From: Octopus bimaculoides
Lineage: Eukaryota
Direction of reading: 5' to 3'
DNA: 64,000 bases
Assembly (NCBI RefSeq): GCF_001194135.2
Contig: NC_068981.1
Coordinates: 167,831,959-167,895,958 of the forward strand
The notes under the pieces were generated by a model. The model did not search any database and was not told where the DNA came from. It worked only from the letters and a program-made list of their open reading frames with translations. Positions 11,238 to 24,112 of the stretch are shown in pieces (within the stretch, counting starts at the first letter, position 1; the number at the start of each line of letters is the position of its first letter). The position numbers were made by a program, and so were the translations under genes.

Positions 11238-11979
11238 ATTACAGGTAATACAAATGCAAATAATATTAATTATAGTAACAATAGCAGAAAACAACTGAAA
11301 CGTAATAATGGATCGATTTGACATGATTCCACTAAGTGCACCCAATAAGAATTAATGTTTAGAAAACTAACATTTTGTAGCTCAACTGCAGAACAAAACA
11401 GAAATCACACCCAAACATAGATCAGGGAGTACATTAGTCACAAAAAAGCAAGTTTATTTCAGTGTACTTGTGTATGGAGATTATGTATGTTTATATAGCT
11501 GTAGTCATACAAACAAACAGACAAACAAAAAAAAACACAAAATATGAGTGTATATATTTTTTTCTTGTTATTAATTGGTAGAATTTACTGAGTGACTCAA
11601 AGTTTGAGAGTTTCGTACATTGACAGTTATGTTTGTTAAATGACCCTTGAGTTACTCCACAACTTCTGCCGATTAATAATCTTTTCTACTATATTCGTAA
11701 AGCCTGAAAATTTGGGAGCAGGGGTATAATCGATCTCAACGACTCCCCAGTGCTCAACGGGTGCTTATTTCATGAGCAAACCACTTTTTCTCAGTTTTGC
11801 ATTTTTTTTTCTTTTCTGTCTTTCTGAAGAAGGTCTAACATCCGAAAGGTCAAGACACTTTCCCTTCGTTTTAAGCATTAACTTAATACAATACAAAATT
11901 TGTTAGAACTTCTTCCCTTTTGTACTCGTTGCCTTTTTCACACGCACACATGTATGTATTTATGTATGTATGTATGTGC

Positions 11980-12018
<39 letters not shown>

Positions 12019-12591
12019 NNNNNNNNNNNNNNNNNNNNNNNNNNNNNNNNNNNNNNNNNNNNNNNNNNNNNNNNNNNNNNNNNNNNNNNNNNNNNNNNNN
12101 NNNNNNNNNNNNNNNNNNNNNNNNNNNNNNNNNNNNNNNNNNNNNNNNNNNNNNNNNNNNNNNNNNNNNNNNNNNNNNNNNNNNNNNNNNNNNNNNNNNN
12201 NNNNNNNNNNNNNNNNNNNNNNNNNNNNNNNNNNNNNNNNNNNNNNNNNNNNNNNNNNNNNNNNNNNNNNNNNNNNNNNNNNNNNNNNNNNNNNNNNNNN
12301 NNNNNNNNNNNNNNNNNNNNNNNNNNNNNNNNNNNNNNNNNNNNNNNNNNNNNNNNNNNNNNNNNNNNNNNNNNNNNNNNNNNNNNNNNNNNNNNNNNNN
12401 NNNNNNNNNNNNNNNNNNNNNNNNNNNNNNNNNNNNNNNNNNNNNNNNNNNNNNNNNNNNNNNNNNNNNNNNNNNNNNNNNNNNNNNNNNNNNNNNNNNN
12501 NNNNNNNNNNNNNNNNNNNNNNNNNNNNNNNNNNNNNNNNNNNNNNNNNNNNNNNNNNNNNNNNNNNNNNNNNNNNNNNNNNNNNNNNNNN

Positions 12592-12642
<51 letters not shown>

Positions 12643-13069
12643 GTGTATGTTTGTGCTTGTGTATTTTGCGAGTGCGCTTGTGTATATGTATGTGCATGCG
12701 TATTGGAGTTGTAATTGATTAGCAAACGCTTTGATATTATGTTTGTTGAAATTCAAAGACAACATAAAGGAGCCCACTTCTTTCTCTTCTTGCTATCGAT
12801 GAACGCATCGTATCCGTATCCACTTCGTATATTTCTTTACGAGTCAAAATTTTCGGATCTTTTCTGCAACCTGCTGAGACGTAATTCTACAACAGTGACC
12901 AGCAGGTCACTGAAAGAATTCCAATTTCAATGTAATCCTGTTCGTAAACGGCAGCTCACAGAAGTTAGACGAAAATATTGATACAATCTAGAAAATAAAC
13001 AAAAGCAGATTATATTAGTAATTGTGTGTTTTGAAATGCTCCCAAAAATGGCTCATCATGATATAATCG

Positions 13070-13108
<39 letters not shown>

Positions 13109-13325
13109 GGTTCTTACGCTTAATTACAACCTAATGGCGAGAACCATTTACAAAGACAGGATAAATCCGCCACTCCATCGCTAATATTCATTTTAACGGC
13201 GCTCGAAAGATAACAGATAGAATATTGATCAAAACCAGGATTTGAACTAAAAATGTTAACTGTACTAAACTAACTATGGACACTCTACCGTTTCTACTAC
13301 ACCGCAGATGTTGAAAGACTTGTGA

Positions 13326-13363
<38 letters not shown>

Positions 13364-14381
13364 ATGTATATATGTATGTATGCATGCATACGTATGTATA
13401 CANNNNNNNNNNNNNNNNNNNNNNNNNNNNNNNNNNNNNNNNNNNNNNNNNNNNNNNNNNNNNNNNNNNNNNNNNNNNNNNNNNNNNTATACACTCACAA
13501 ACGTTGATAAAGATTTAGGGGTGAATATCTGAATTCAGCGAAAGAGACGTCAGTCAAGTGGAATTCTTTGAACTCATCCGTAATTACACTCATCCTCATT
13601 CGGCGAATAGTTAGATTTTTCTCCTTCGGCAATCTGGCCGACCTCTATATGTGGTTGCTTCATACAAATCATCACTTTGTATTCGTTCGCCCAAGAGCAA
13701 GGAAAAGTAATTGTAATCACTACATAACAGTGTTCTGCAGCTAAATTATGTATATTCAATTATATTTTACACGAGGTGTGTTAGCATTAGCAATTTAATG
13801 AATGGCAGCGGTAAGAAGCTAACTAGAAATACGCTGTGAGAAAAAAACATTAGTTAAAGTGTAATAGTATTTCCTATTCTTTCTGGTGAGCACGGGAAAC
13901 AACTCCGTATATATTTACATCTCATTCTGAACTCATCAGGAAAACATAACTGTGTCTGAGTAAAAGCAAAAAAAAAAATCTTGTGATCAGAATAAATCCG
14001 AGGCCTATATGTAATTTTCTGTAGTACTTATTTATTTGCTTCAGTCATTAGACTGTGGCCATGCTGAGGCAGCCGTAAAATGAAAATAATGTCAGTCGTT
14101 GACTAACATTTATTTTTACCTTAATACATATTTATATCGAGTTGAACGTTAACACTAGCTTAGCTATTGTTTTTCCAGTGGATAGTGTCTCTGCATTATT
14201 TATTTTGATATTGTTTGACATCCATTTCTAACCACGGAAAAGTCTTGTAATTAACCAGAAGATTACAGGCTATAGTAAAAAACACCGACGGAAGAGACAT
14301 AGATTATTGAACAATATTTATAGAGAGTTAATGAATGTTTCACTACAGCATATCAGTATTTTTTCACTATCATTTAGCTTG

Positions 14382-14439
<58 letters not shown>

Positions 14440-14544
14440 NNNNNNNNNNNNNNNNNNNNNNNNNNNNNNNNNNNNNNNNNNNNNNNNNNNNNNNNNNNNN
14501 NNNNNNNNNNNNNNNNNNNNNNNNNNNNNNNNNNNNNNNNNNNN

Positions 14545-14612
<68 letters not shown>

Positions 14613-15242
14613 ATACACATGTCTGCGTTTAGATATTGATGAAAGAATCTAAATCAACAAGTCTTCGTTGCAAGGTGATGTATTGACGTCTTGTTGGAAG
14701 GATCTGTTTGGCTAACGAAAGGGCTTGAATACAAGTAAGGAAATACATAGTGTACAGACGACGAAGAACTACACAGTGGCGTCATCACGGTATGAAGGAA
14801 TGCATTTGAAAGCGGTAACGACCAGTCGAGTGCATGTGTTTATTACATAAATATATGTATTCTAGAAGAGAAATGGCAGGAAGCTGAGCCATATCAATGC
14901 TGAAAAAGTGATGGTTAGAAAGAGATCACTTTAGACATGCATTGATGCCTAGACACTTGTCAAGAAACGTCCAGCCGATTCCATTAGTTAGTGATAGAAA
15001 AAACACACACAAAGAAATCAGTCTTGTTTGGTAAATGTTTCTCCAAACAAAGACGGTAAAAGTCTTTTATCAATCTCAAAAGAAACGATTAAGCTGTCGC
15101 TGAGGTTCCTAAAGACAGGAAACCTTGCAATATTTCGACCGACTCTAAAATAAAGCGGTTGTGAACTCCTGGAGCTGGTGTACTCGACAAAATCTTTCCT
15201 CTCAAAACTGTTAGTCTCGTGTCTAAATAGGAAACATTCTTA

Positions 15243-15455
15243 GACGACCAGCTGGCAAAATCGTTAGCACAGCGGGAAAAATACTTAGCGGCATTTCGTC
15301 CAACTTTACGTTCTGAGTTCAAATTTCGTCGAGGGTTGACTTTACCTTTCATTTTTTTCCGGAGTCGACGGAATAAGCACTAGTTGAGCGCTGGAAGGAG
15401 GGGGCGATCAACGTAATAGATTTTTCCGTTCCCCCAAAATGCCAGGCCTATAGCT
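15243..15455 (+). mobile_element. SINE family B
   Basis: GCTGGCAAAATCGTTAGCAC...CTTAGCGGCATTTCGTCC...GTTCTGAGTTCAAATT...TTGACTTTACCTTTCAT, homologous to 59778-59985, 47405-47990 and 50605-50785. Confidence 0.75.
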
Positions 15456-16086
15456 GAATGAACTTATTATTAACAAAAGGTGGACGTTCATGGCGGCGGC
15501 GGTGGCTATGAAGACGATGCTGCTGCTGATGATGATAATGATGATTTAACCGATGACTGTTGTGTTGCCTCGATACGATTTCCAAATATTATTCCATTTT
15601 TGCTTTATTATATTTGTTTTGTGGCGTGTTTCGTGTTTATGCTTTTCGTTGTGTTATCTTATTTTCTTTTCATTTCTGTTGCATTTTGTGTGAGATTTAT
15701 TCTGCGTGCAGCATTGTGTATGCATGTGTGTGTGTATATATGTGTGTGTATGTATGTGTGTATGTGTGTGTGTATATATGTGTGTGTGTGTGTGTGTGTA
15801 ACAGTGAGTTTGTGTATGAGTGTATGCATGTGCTTATCGCATGACCGACATACATAATACATGTGTGCGTGTGTGTATGCATGTGTGTATGTGTGTTTGT
15901 CCACGTAAGTCTGTAAGTGCACGTGAATGTGTGAACATTTGCGTGCAAGTGTATATGCGTGTGTCTATCTGTGTTTGTGTATGAATATTACGTGCACAAG
16001 TGTCTGTAGCGATGTGTACGTATGTGCGAGAGAGATAGAGAGAGAATGAGAGAGAGAGAGAGTGTGTGCGCGTGTATGTGTGTGTG

Positions 16087-16128
<42 letters not shown>

Positions 16129-16701
16129 GTTTCTACTTTCCATATTGGTATTATCTGAAATCGATACAAAAATCTTATTACACAAAACCCTCTCTGTACA
16201 TATTTCTTTCAACATCTCCGGTTCACACATTTATTCATTTATTTATTTATCTATTTATTTTATCTATTTATTTATACAATAACAATAATAATAATTGTGA
16301 ATTATATCATCATCATCATCATCACCATCTTCATTATTATTATTATTATTATTACTATTATTATTATTCAACATCATCTCTGTATTTACGTCGAAGATTG
16401 CTTCAATTTGCCGCAGAGGCAACATGAAACACAAATGGGTATAAAGCCGTTCGATACATTTCTACAAAAATTAGCATTAAAAAAGGTTGGGTAACACACA
16501 AACAGTCGGACTGACACACAGACTCATAGACATGCATATTGGCAGGCAGGTACGTGCGCACGCACATACAAACACACACACACATACACACACACACTCA
16601 CTCACTCACACACAAATATTTAGATTCATTAACTCTTTTACTTGCATTCAGTACTATATTTTCTCGATTGTAAATTTCGAAACGCATATAAAAACAAACA
16701 A

Positions 16702-16741
<40 letters not shown>

Positions 16742-16915
16742 TTATATAGATAGATTTAAATATAGATACATACATATATATATTTTTAGATTGATAGATA
16801 CATAGATATTGGTTTTGTCTTAAGTGTCATGCAATAATTTCTAGGCACTTACGTTTCTTTTTTATTTTCAAACCCAAATTCGTGTGTGTGTGTGTGTGTG
16901 TACGTCTCTGCGCGC

Positions 16916-16951
<36 letters not shown>

Positions 16952-18329
16952 TTATATATACATACACATACACACACACACACATATANNNNNNNNNNNN
17001 NNNNNNNNNNNNNNNNNNNNNNNNNNNNNNNNNNNNNNNNNNNNNNNNNNNNNNNNNNNNNNNNNNNNNNNNNNNNNNNNNNNNNNNNNNNNNNNNNNNN
17101 NNNNNNNNNNNNNNNNNNNNNNNNNNNNNNNNNNNNNNNNNNNNNNNNNNNNNNNNNNNNNNNNNNNNNNNNNNNNNNNNNNNNNNNNNNNNNNNNNNNN
17201 NNNNNNNNNNNNNNNNNNNNNNNNNNNNNNNNNNNNNNNNNNNNNNNNNNNNNNNNNNNNNNNNNNNNNNNNNNNNNNNNNNNNNNNNNNNNNNNNNNNN
17301 NNNNNNNNNNNNNNNNNNNNNNNNNNNNNNNNNNNNNNNNNNNNNNNNNNNNNNNNNNNNNNNNNNNNNNNNNNNNNNNNNNNNNNNNNNNNNNNNNNNN
17401 NNNNNNNNNNNNNNNNNNNNNNNNNNNNNNNNNNNNNNNNNNNNNNNNNNNNNNNNNNNNNNNNNNNNNNNNNNNNNNNNNNNNNNNNNNNNNNNNNNNN
17501 NNNNNNNNNNNNNNNNNNNNNNNNNNNNNNNNNNNNNNNNNNNNNNNNNNNNNNNNNNNNNNNNNNNNNNNNNNNNNNNNNNNNNNNNNNNNNNNNNNNN
17601 NNNNNNNNNNNNNNNNNNNNNNNNNNNNNNNNNNNNNNNNNNNNNNNNNNNNNNNNNNNNNNNNNNNNNNNNNNNNNNNNNNNNNNNNNNNNNNNNNNNN
17701 NNNNNNNNNNNNNNNNNNNNNNNNNNNNNNNNNNNNNNNNNNNNNNNNNNNNNNNNNNNNNNNNNNNNNNNNNNNNNNNNNNNNNNNNNNNNNNNNNNNN
17801 NNNNNNNNNNNNNNNNNNNNNNNNNNNNNNNNNNNNNNNNNNNNNNNNNNNNNNNNNNNNNNNNNNNNNNNNNNNNNNNNNNNNNNNNNNNNNNNNNNNN
17901 NNNNNNNNNNNNNNNNNNNNNNNNNNNNNNNNNNNNNNNNNNNNNNNNNNNNNNNNNNNNNNNNNNNNNNNNNNNNNNNNNTATATATATACATATATAT
18001 ATATATGTATGCATGTATGTATGTGTGTATATGTAAATGCATGTGTGTATCCATATATGCATATATGTAAAAGATGAAAGGGAATGTGAACCACGGTGCT
18101 ATTTAAACATCCATGCAAGATTCACTTTGTACTTCAGCCACCCACGGTGAAAGAAATATATATATAACGGTTTCCATTTAATTTTCTATGATCTAAAAGG
18201 TTGCTCCAGCATGGCTACAACGCCATGTCTAAGACCATTAAAATAATTGTTTTTAACAGAAGTACAAGGACATAAATTCTAACAGGGTGGGTGTGTTTGG
18301 CGATTAAATCGGCCTGAGTTCTTGACTGC

Positions 18330-18475
18330 TAAATTCAATGTATTGACTCTGAAAAGATGAAAGGCAAAGCTGATCTCAGTGGATTTTGAACGCAGAACGT
18401 GAGAGCCAGGACAAATGTGGTGAAGCATTTTATGCAACACTCCACAAGATTTGTGACGTGGCTGCCTGACACCAG
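18330..18475 (-). mobile_element. SINE family B, degenerate
   Basis: GATGAAAGGCAAAG...TTTGAACGCAGAACG...AAGCATTTT is the reverse complement of the family B body. Confidence 0.55.
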
Positions 18476-18496
18476 TAAAATAATAAAAATATTTAT

Positions 18497-19014
18497 GTAT
18501 GTATGCAAGATTTCATGTCAATAGAAAAGAGCCAGTTTCTAACCTAGATGCAAGGCCCCTCCATTAGAGCTTCAACATCAACAGGGTATTTTTGTATATA
18601 TGGAGGTATGCATATGTGCAGATTTTAATGTTTCGTTTTATGTATGTATTCTCATACATATAGTTGCACATCTAGACATGCTCATATATACTTAAATGAT
18701 AAACTTCTAGAGAGTTTTAAATTTTTACAGTTCCAGTGATTGATTGGCTCTGTAGTCTTGGAATCAGCTTTCTCCTTTCTCGTCTTGAGAAGTCTAATTT
18801 CTCAAGATTGGTATTTAGGTAGTGTGTTACATATACCAGCACCCCAATAATCACAGGTGTAAACCTGAATTTGTAATATGGATAGAGTAACTGCAAATTT
18901 CTCAATAGTTCAGCGTAGGTATTTTCTTTTTCGCTGATCTTTAGTCTTATGTTAACATCTGCTGGGTAGCTGATTTTCACAACGATGCACAGTTTCCGTT
19001 CTCTATCTCAAATT
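18497..19014 (-). mobile_element. R4-like RLE LINE 3' end (copy 1)
   Basis: The ORF reads ISYPADVNIRLKISEKENTYAELLRNLQLLYPYYKFRFTPVIIGVLVYV...LEKLDFS...LIPRLQSQSITGTVKI, the RLE C-terminus S.P.D.N...K..EK...Y..L...P.IIG.L. A 3' UTR follows, with (CATA)n on both sides. Confidence 0.75.
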
Positions 19015-19059
19015 ATGTATGTATGTATGTATGTATGTATGTATGTCTCTTCAGTATTT

Positions 19060-19354
19060 AATCATGTAAATTCTTCCTCTGAAGAAGCTGGTTTCTAACC
19101 AAGATACAAAGCTCCATTTTTGGAATGTAAATAACAAAAACAATGTCACATTTTAATCCTGAAAAATGTCTTGCATACTTTTACTGTTCCGCTTACAGAT
19201 TGTATTTGTAATGTGCGAATCGGTTAATTTATTTTTCTGAAAATCCAAGCTTATCTAATTTGATAGTTAGGCATTTCCTTACAAAACCAACTCCTCCTAT
19301 GATTACTGGTATAAATGCAAATTTGTAACCCGTAAATAGAATCTGGAGGTTTCG
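19060..19354 (-). mobile_element. R4-like RLE LINE 3' end (copy 2)
   Basis: The minus strand reads RNLQILFTGYKFAFIPVIIGGVGFVRKCLTIKLDKLGFSEK*INR, then after a frameshift IRTLQIQSVSGTVKVCKTFF. The 3' UTR motif AAGCTGGTTTCTAACCAAGAT is shared with copy 1. Confidence 0.7.
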
Positions 19355-19530
19355 ATGCAGTTGAAATGGAAAACGTTGTTACACTTAAACCTAAGAAAAG
19401 ACTTGTATAGTTTTACGGCTCCACTTAAAGATTGTATTTGCAATGTGCGAATCAGTTGGTTGATTTCTTTTTCTGAAAATTCAAGCTCATCCAGACTGGC
19501 AGTTAGATATTTACTTACAAAACCAAATAT
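19355..19530 (-). mobile_element. R4-like RLE LINE 3' end (copy 3)
   Basis: The minus strand reads GFVSKYLTASLDELEFSEKEINQLIRTLQIQSLSGAVKLYKSFLRF. It is homologous to copy 2 at DNA level (19190-19290 vs 19428-19525). Confidence 0.7.
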
Positions 19531-19641
19531 CTGTCTGTCTGTCTGTAGGTAGGTAGGTAGTTATACATGTATGTATGTGTATCTCTGAAGATTATTTAAG
19601 TTCTTCGCAGAGTTCGAGCTGGTCACTAATAATAGTGTATA

Positions 19642-19810
19642 TAGGCGCGTAACCTAGTAGTTGGGGTGGTGAACCCGCGATCGTAAGGTCGTTGTTTCGA
19701 TTTCCAGGCCAAGCGGTGTGTTTGTGTTTACCTCCCGTGGTTACACTTCACTCGGCTGAAAATGAATACCAGTAACAAACGGTGGAGGGATGGTTTAACC
19801 GTGCGACAGA
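19642..19810 (+). mobile_element. tRNA-derived SINE (family E-like), degenerate
   Basis: AGGCGCGTAACCTAGTAGTTGG...CGATCGTAAG...GTTTCGATTTCCAGG head followed by CACTCGGCTGAAAATGA. Confidence 0.5.
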
Positions 19811-21439
19811 TTGGAGCAGAATTGTATTCTCGATCGCTTATACAGCACAGAAACCACAATAAATTCCGGCGCAATGAACTTGAAGCTTCGAAACAGACCT
19901 AAGTCTAAAACCTAGATAGTTCGAGGGTTTTGTGTATATGTGAGTTAGCGTGCACACGCGTGTGTATGTGTATGTGTTTATGGATATGTATGTAAGTGTA
20001 TTTGAAGATATACTTGTATTCATATATAATGGATGTACATACATACTTTTAGTATGCTTGAGTGATTACTTTAATGTATACAATGTGAAAATAAGGCAGC
20101 GTGCACATATTTATTCTGGGAAATTCAAATGAACAATCTTTGAAATGTTTTACAAATTATCTTAATGATACTAATTTATATGTATATATGTTTGTATATA
20201 TACAAAAACCCATGAGCATTTACATACATACACACATACATATANNNNNNNNNNNNNNNNNNNNNNNNNNNNNNNNNNNNNNNNNNNNNNNNNNNNNNNN
20301 NNNNNNNNNNNNNNNNNNNNNNNNNNNNNNNNNNNNNNNNNNNNNNNNNNNNNNNNNNNNNNNNNNNNNNNNNNNNNNNNNNNNNNNNNNNNNNNNNNNN
20401 NNNNNNNNNNNNNNNNNNNNNNNNNNNNNNNNNNNNNNNNNNNNNNNNNNNNNNNNNNNNNNNNNNNNNNNNNNNNNNNNNNNNNNNNNNNNNNNNNNNN
20501 NNNNNNNNNNNNNNNNNNNNNNNNNNNNNNNNNNNNNNNNNNNNNNNNNNNNNNNNNNNTGTGTATACTTACATACATACATATATCTTTATGTATGTAT
20601 GTATGTATGTATGTATGTATGTATGTATGTATGTATGTATATAAGTGGCAACAGCTTGTATTAGTTAGATCTATATCTTTTAGTAGACTTATGTCTTAAT
20701 ATTCATTTGCTTAACGTCGTAGTATCGTTTCTAAGAACAAAATTTCGCCAATCTCACCCAACGCCAACACCACCAATACGATTATACCAACTTTATCATC
20801 ACCGTTTTCATTATTATCGTCGTTATCGTCATCATCGCCGTGGCCATCATCATCATCATTAATCCGCTTTGATATCAATACTAAAACTACCACCTTACAC
20901 CCACTGTCACCACTACAACTACTATCATTACAATAAATATTACCTCTAACATTACCAACAACAACCGTACCACTTCCATTCAAGCAACAAGTAGCATTTA
21001 GTGTAAATACTATTTTCTCTCGTTGATCTGTCGCTGATTGCTTTACGACACAAGTTTGGGCCATTCTGAAGTATACGACAGAGCACTTACGGTCAGACTG
21101 CACAACAGAGTATCCAGCTAGGGGAGATTTGACCTTATTTAGAATTGTAAATTCTACCTTGCCGCCCGGTAGACAGATCAACGTAATATAGGTCTATATT
21201 CCATCATGGTTGACTTTGGGTAATACAACAATAACAACAACAACAACAAGAATCTCTATAAATGAATGTCTCAGCCAATAACTGTCTTTCTCATTGTCAT
21301 GTGTTCATTATCTACTTTCCTTTACACTTGCAGTGTGATTTCCAGCTCCGATTGTACTCTATTATATAGAAATTGGTCTCTCCCTCATCATAGCTAAGTC
21401 TTTCTTGTCTATCCTTCAATGTCAATTAGATAAGAAAAA

Positions 21440-21620
21440 GTCGTTATTGTTGTTGTTTAGTTCTATCATGGTCATAGATCTGCTCTGATCGAGCAGATCT
21501 ATGACCATGACGTCTTTATAATCCAACGTGTTCTTCCTTTCTTAAGACGGTAGGCGTGATTTGAGAGAGGATTGGTTGTTGTTTCTAACAAGTTGAGCAA
21601 ACAAGTAAAGGCTATCTTAG
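21440..21620. mobile_element. Interspersed repeat family F containing a perfect 20-bp hairpin
   Basis: GTTGTTTAG...TGATCGAGCAGA.CTATGA...GTGATTTGAG...TTTCTAACAAG. Related degenerate copies occur near 32180-32390, 38915-39190 and 54110-54345. Confidence 0.55.
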
Positions 21621-21949
21621 AAGTAACTATACACTAACGTTTATATGATCGACAATACACATCCTTTCCAAAAATGGACCTTTTCTGGCTCAAAGAAATT
21701 TTCTTAATTAGCTCAACCGTTTCCCATTTCTTTTTCTTGTACACCACTACAGTAAAGAGTTTATATTCTCTCTCTCTGCCAGAACAAATTGTTTTTCTAA
21801 GTCACATATTTAAATGAAACAGACACTAATTTCCGTTATTAGACTAATTCTTCTAGAAATACACATAATAAAAATAAATACATAAATATTTGCGTGAAAC
21901 ATCACACTGTAAGTGAACTAATTACTTCAGTAAATGAAAATATTTTTAG

Positions 21950-22450
21950 CTTTCATGTAAAGTGATTTTGTGGTTGTGAACCCAAATTGTGTGCGATGAT
22001 ATGCCAAGAGCGAAACTAACGTTTCAAAGAATTGGTTCTCACCAGCGTTTGAACAACCAATCGCAACGTGTTTTGCTGAATGCAGTGTAGGATTATTATT
22101 ACACAAATTATAGATTAACTGTTGAGAATAACAGCACCAAAAGATCTGTAAATTTTTAGGGATCAGTCTTTCTGTAGGGTAATTAGTAACTTGGTCAATT
22201 TTAAAGATTCACAGGGGATTCGAGTATCGTCAGCTTCTATAGATTCTGAAAATCTTTTGCTCCTGATTTATTTGAAATAGCCTAAGACACCACATTTCAG
22301 GAAAACTTGTGCAGTAAATTGTGCCATATGTACAGGTTTTTAAAACATATTAGTCTTTTTCAGTGGTAATTTGGGGAATATAACACTAATTTATCAACTT
22401 ACTGCATTCTCTCAACCTGACACAGGGCCTTTGATTCTCGCCAAAACAAG
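21950..22450 (-). mobile_element. Highly decayed LINE RT N-terminal region (L1/Tx1-like)
   Basis: Frameshifted minus-strand pieces LESPVNL/KLTKLLITL/...IYRSFGAVILNS and HRTQFGFTTTKSL fall in the order expected for the P...EL..I..L...K.PG...F and Q.GF...S motifs. Confidence 0.35.
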
Positions 22451-23105
22451 AAGAATATATACTTCCACTATAATAACTAGTATTTATATCAACTAATGAA
22501 CCACTCATTTGTTTTTAATCTCCTTTACTTTAATTTCTTATCCGCTTTATTTGCAAAAGGCTTACATTTGCCCTCTTTCTTTCAGTAACTAAACTACATC
22601 ATCATTTTTTTTTTTTTTTTTTTGTGGAAAAAGACTATGTATTTATTGATATGGGAGTCTGTGTGTTTCGAAACCCATTGGAGGTGTAAATGTATCTTCA
22701 TTTAGAATCACTTTATTTTAAGAAATTAATATCTAAGGTGATGCCGAAGAAATTGTGATTAATGATTCTTAGTGTTCTCTCTCCGATTTTATGAGTACAG
22801 AAAAAACAACTATACCCTAATGGTAACATGATGAGACACTTTCCGAATAGCTGCCAGAGTTTTCCAAAGGAAGGTACAATAGTCACACATAAGTAACTAA
22901 ATAAATGAAAAAAAGATTCAACATCCATCTCTATATTTAAAGAAACAAAAAGACAAAAAAACATTCAGTAGGTTTCAGTTTTGTTTGTTTAATTTCTTAC
23001 GTATATGTCAAAACTTATAAAAATCTTCACTAAACACTGCAAAGAGATTACGTCATATGTAAACAAACATAAGTTTGTTTTTGAAGCGTTGAAATGTATT
23101 GTAGC

Positions 23106-23217
23106 ACAAGTAGAAAGATATATACACGTAAATACTGAACAGTATATATAAAGGATAAAATCCTTTATATATACTGTTCAGTATTTACTTGTTGAAAAAA
23201 TATATCCTTCTACTTGT
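23106..23217. repeat. Palindrome with 29-bp perfect arms, 3-nt loop and outer imperfect arms
   Basis: GTAAATACTGAACAGTATATATAAAGGAT-aaa-ATCCTTTATATATACTGTTCAGTATTTAC at 23128-23188, plus outer ACAAGTAGAA(A/G)GATATAT arms. Confidence 0.9.
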
Positions 23218-24112
23218 TCTTCTGTAAAGAGAATTTTCAGAAAAGTATTTATTCGTCTTAAGTTTTTCTTTTACTTGGTCTTTGCAACAACGTCTTTCAT
23301 TTAAATTTTCTTTTATGCACTTTGTTGACTACTAATTTTTATTGATTGTCGACGTCATTTTACATTTAATGTGTACAGATTTTAAAGTCTCTGAACTAAT
23401 ATGATTCCCAAGCATTCTTAATACAATTCTCATGTATGCCAATAATTCAAATTTAATTTGACGTTCAGAAAACTCCAAAGTTTTCCCCTCAGAGTTGTTG
23501 GCAAAATTTTATTTAGCGATTTCATCGTATTTCATTTTTAATTACTTTATCCGTGTTTATAAGCATCATAGGATTCTAATCCAAGAATTCATATTATTAA
23601 ATGTTAAAGACGCTTCTATCGTTTAGCTTCAAGAAATATTGTATTAAAATGTAAAAGATGCTCCTATCTTTCGGATTAAATGAAACTTTTCAAAAAGATA
23701 ATTCAAGTTAAAATATAATCATGGTTATAATTTCCGTGGCATTTAATTTCGTTCATTCATGTCATGATTTCTTTTTATTGTTGTTAAGCCTCTTTCGCTC
23801 CTGGCAAATTATTATTCAATCGTTACCCAATGGAACTAAGTAGTTTAATAAAATCATTCTTTCCTGCTTAGATTATCACATTAAAGAGATCATCCAAGCA
23901 CTTGCTACCTTTGATCCTCACTGAATAACTTATTCAAACAGACATGAAATACAGTTTAAACACGTTCCAGTGTTGTTTGCATAGTTAGAATTGCCAAGTT
24001 GTATAGTCTTAAAAGCGAGAGCCTGGTCGCTAAATATATCTGGCAGCATAGGTTTTTGAAAGGAAATTTCACGATGATAGAAAACTAACTACACAGAATG
24101 CGGAATATATCA

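Noticed and set aside
13574-13759. Unique-looking short ORF region
   Set aside because: No frame on either strand gave a recognisable protein with convincing splice sites.
20711-21181. ICLPGGKVE resembling the start of a Nudix box
   Set aside because: The required REUXEE half is absent and the ORF ends in trinucleotide repeats.
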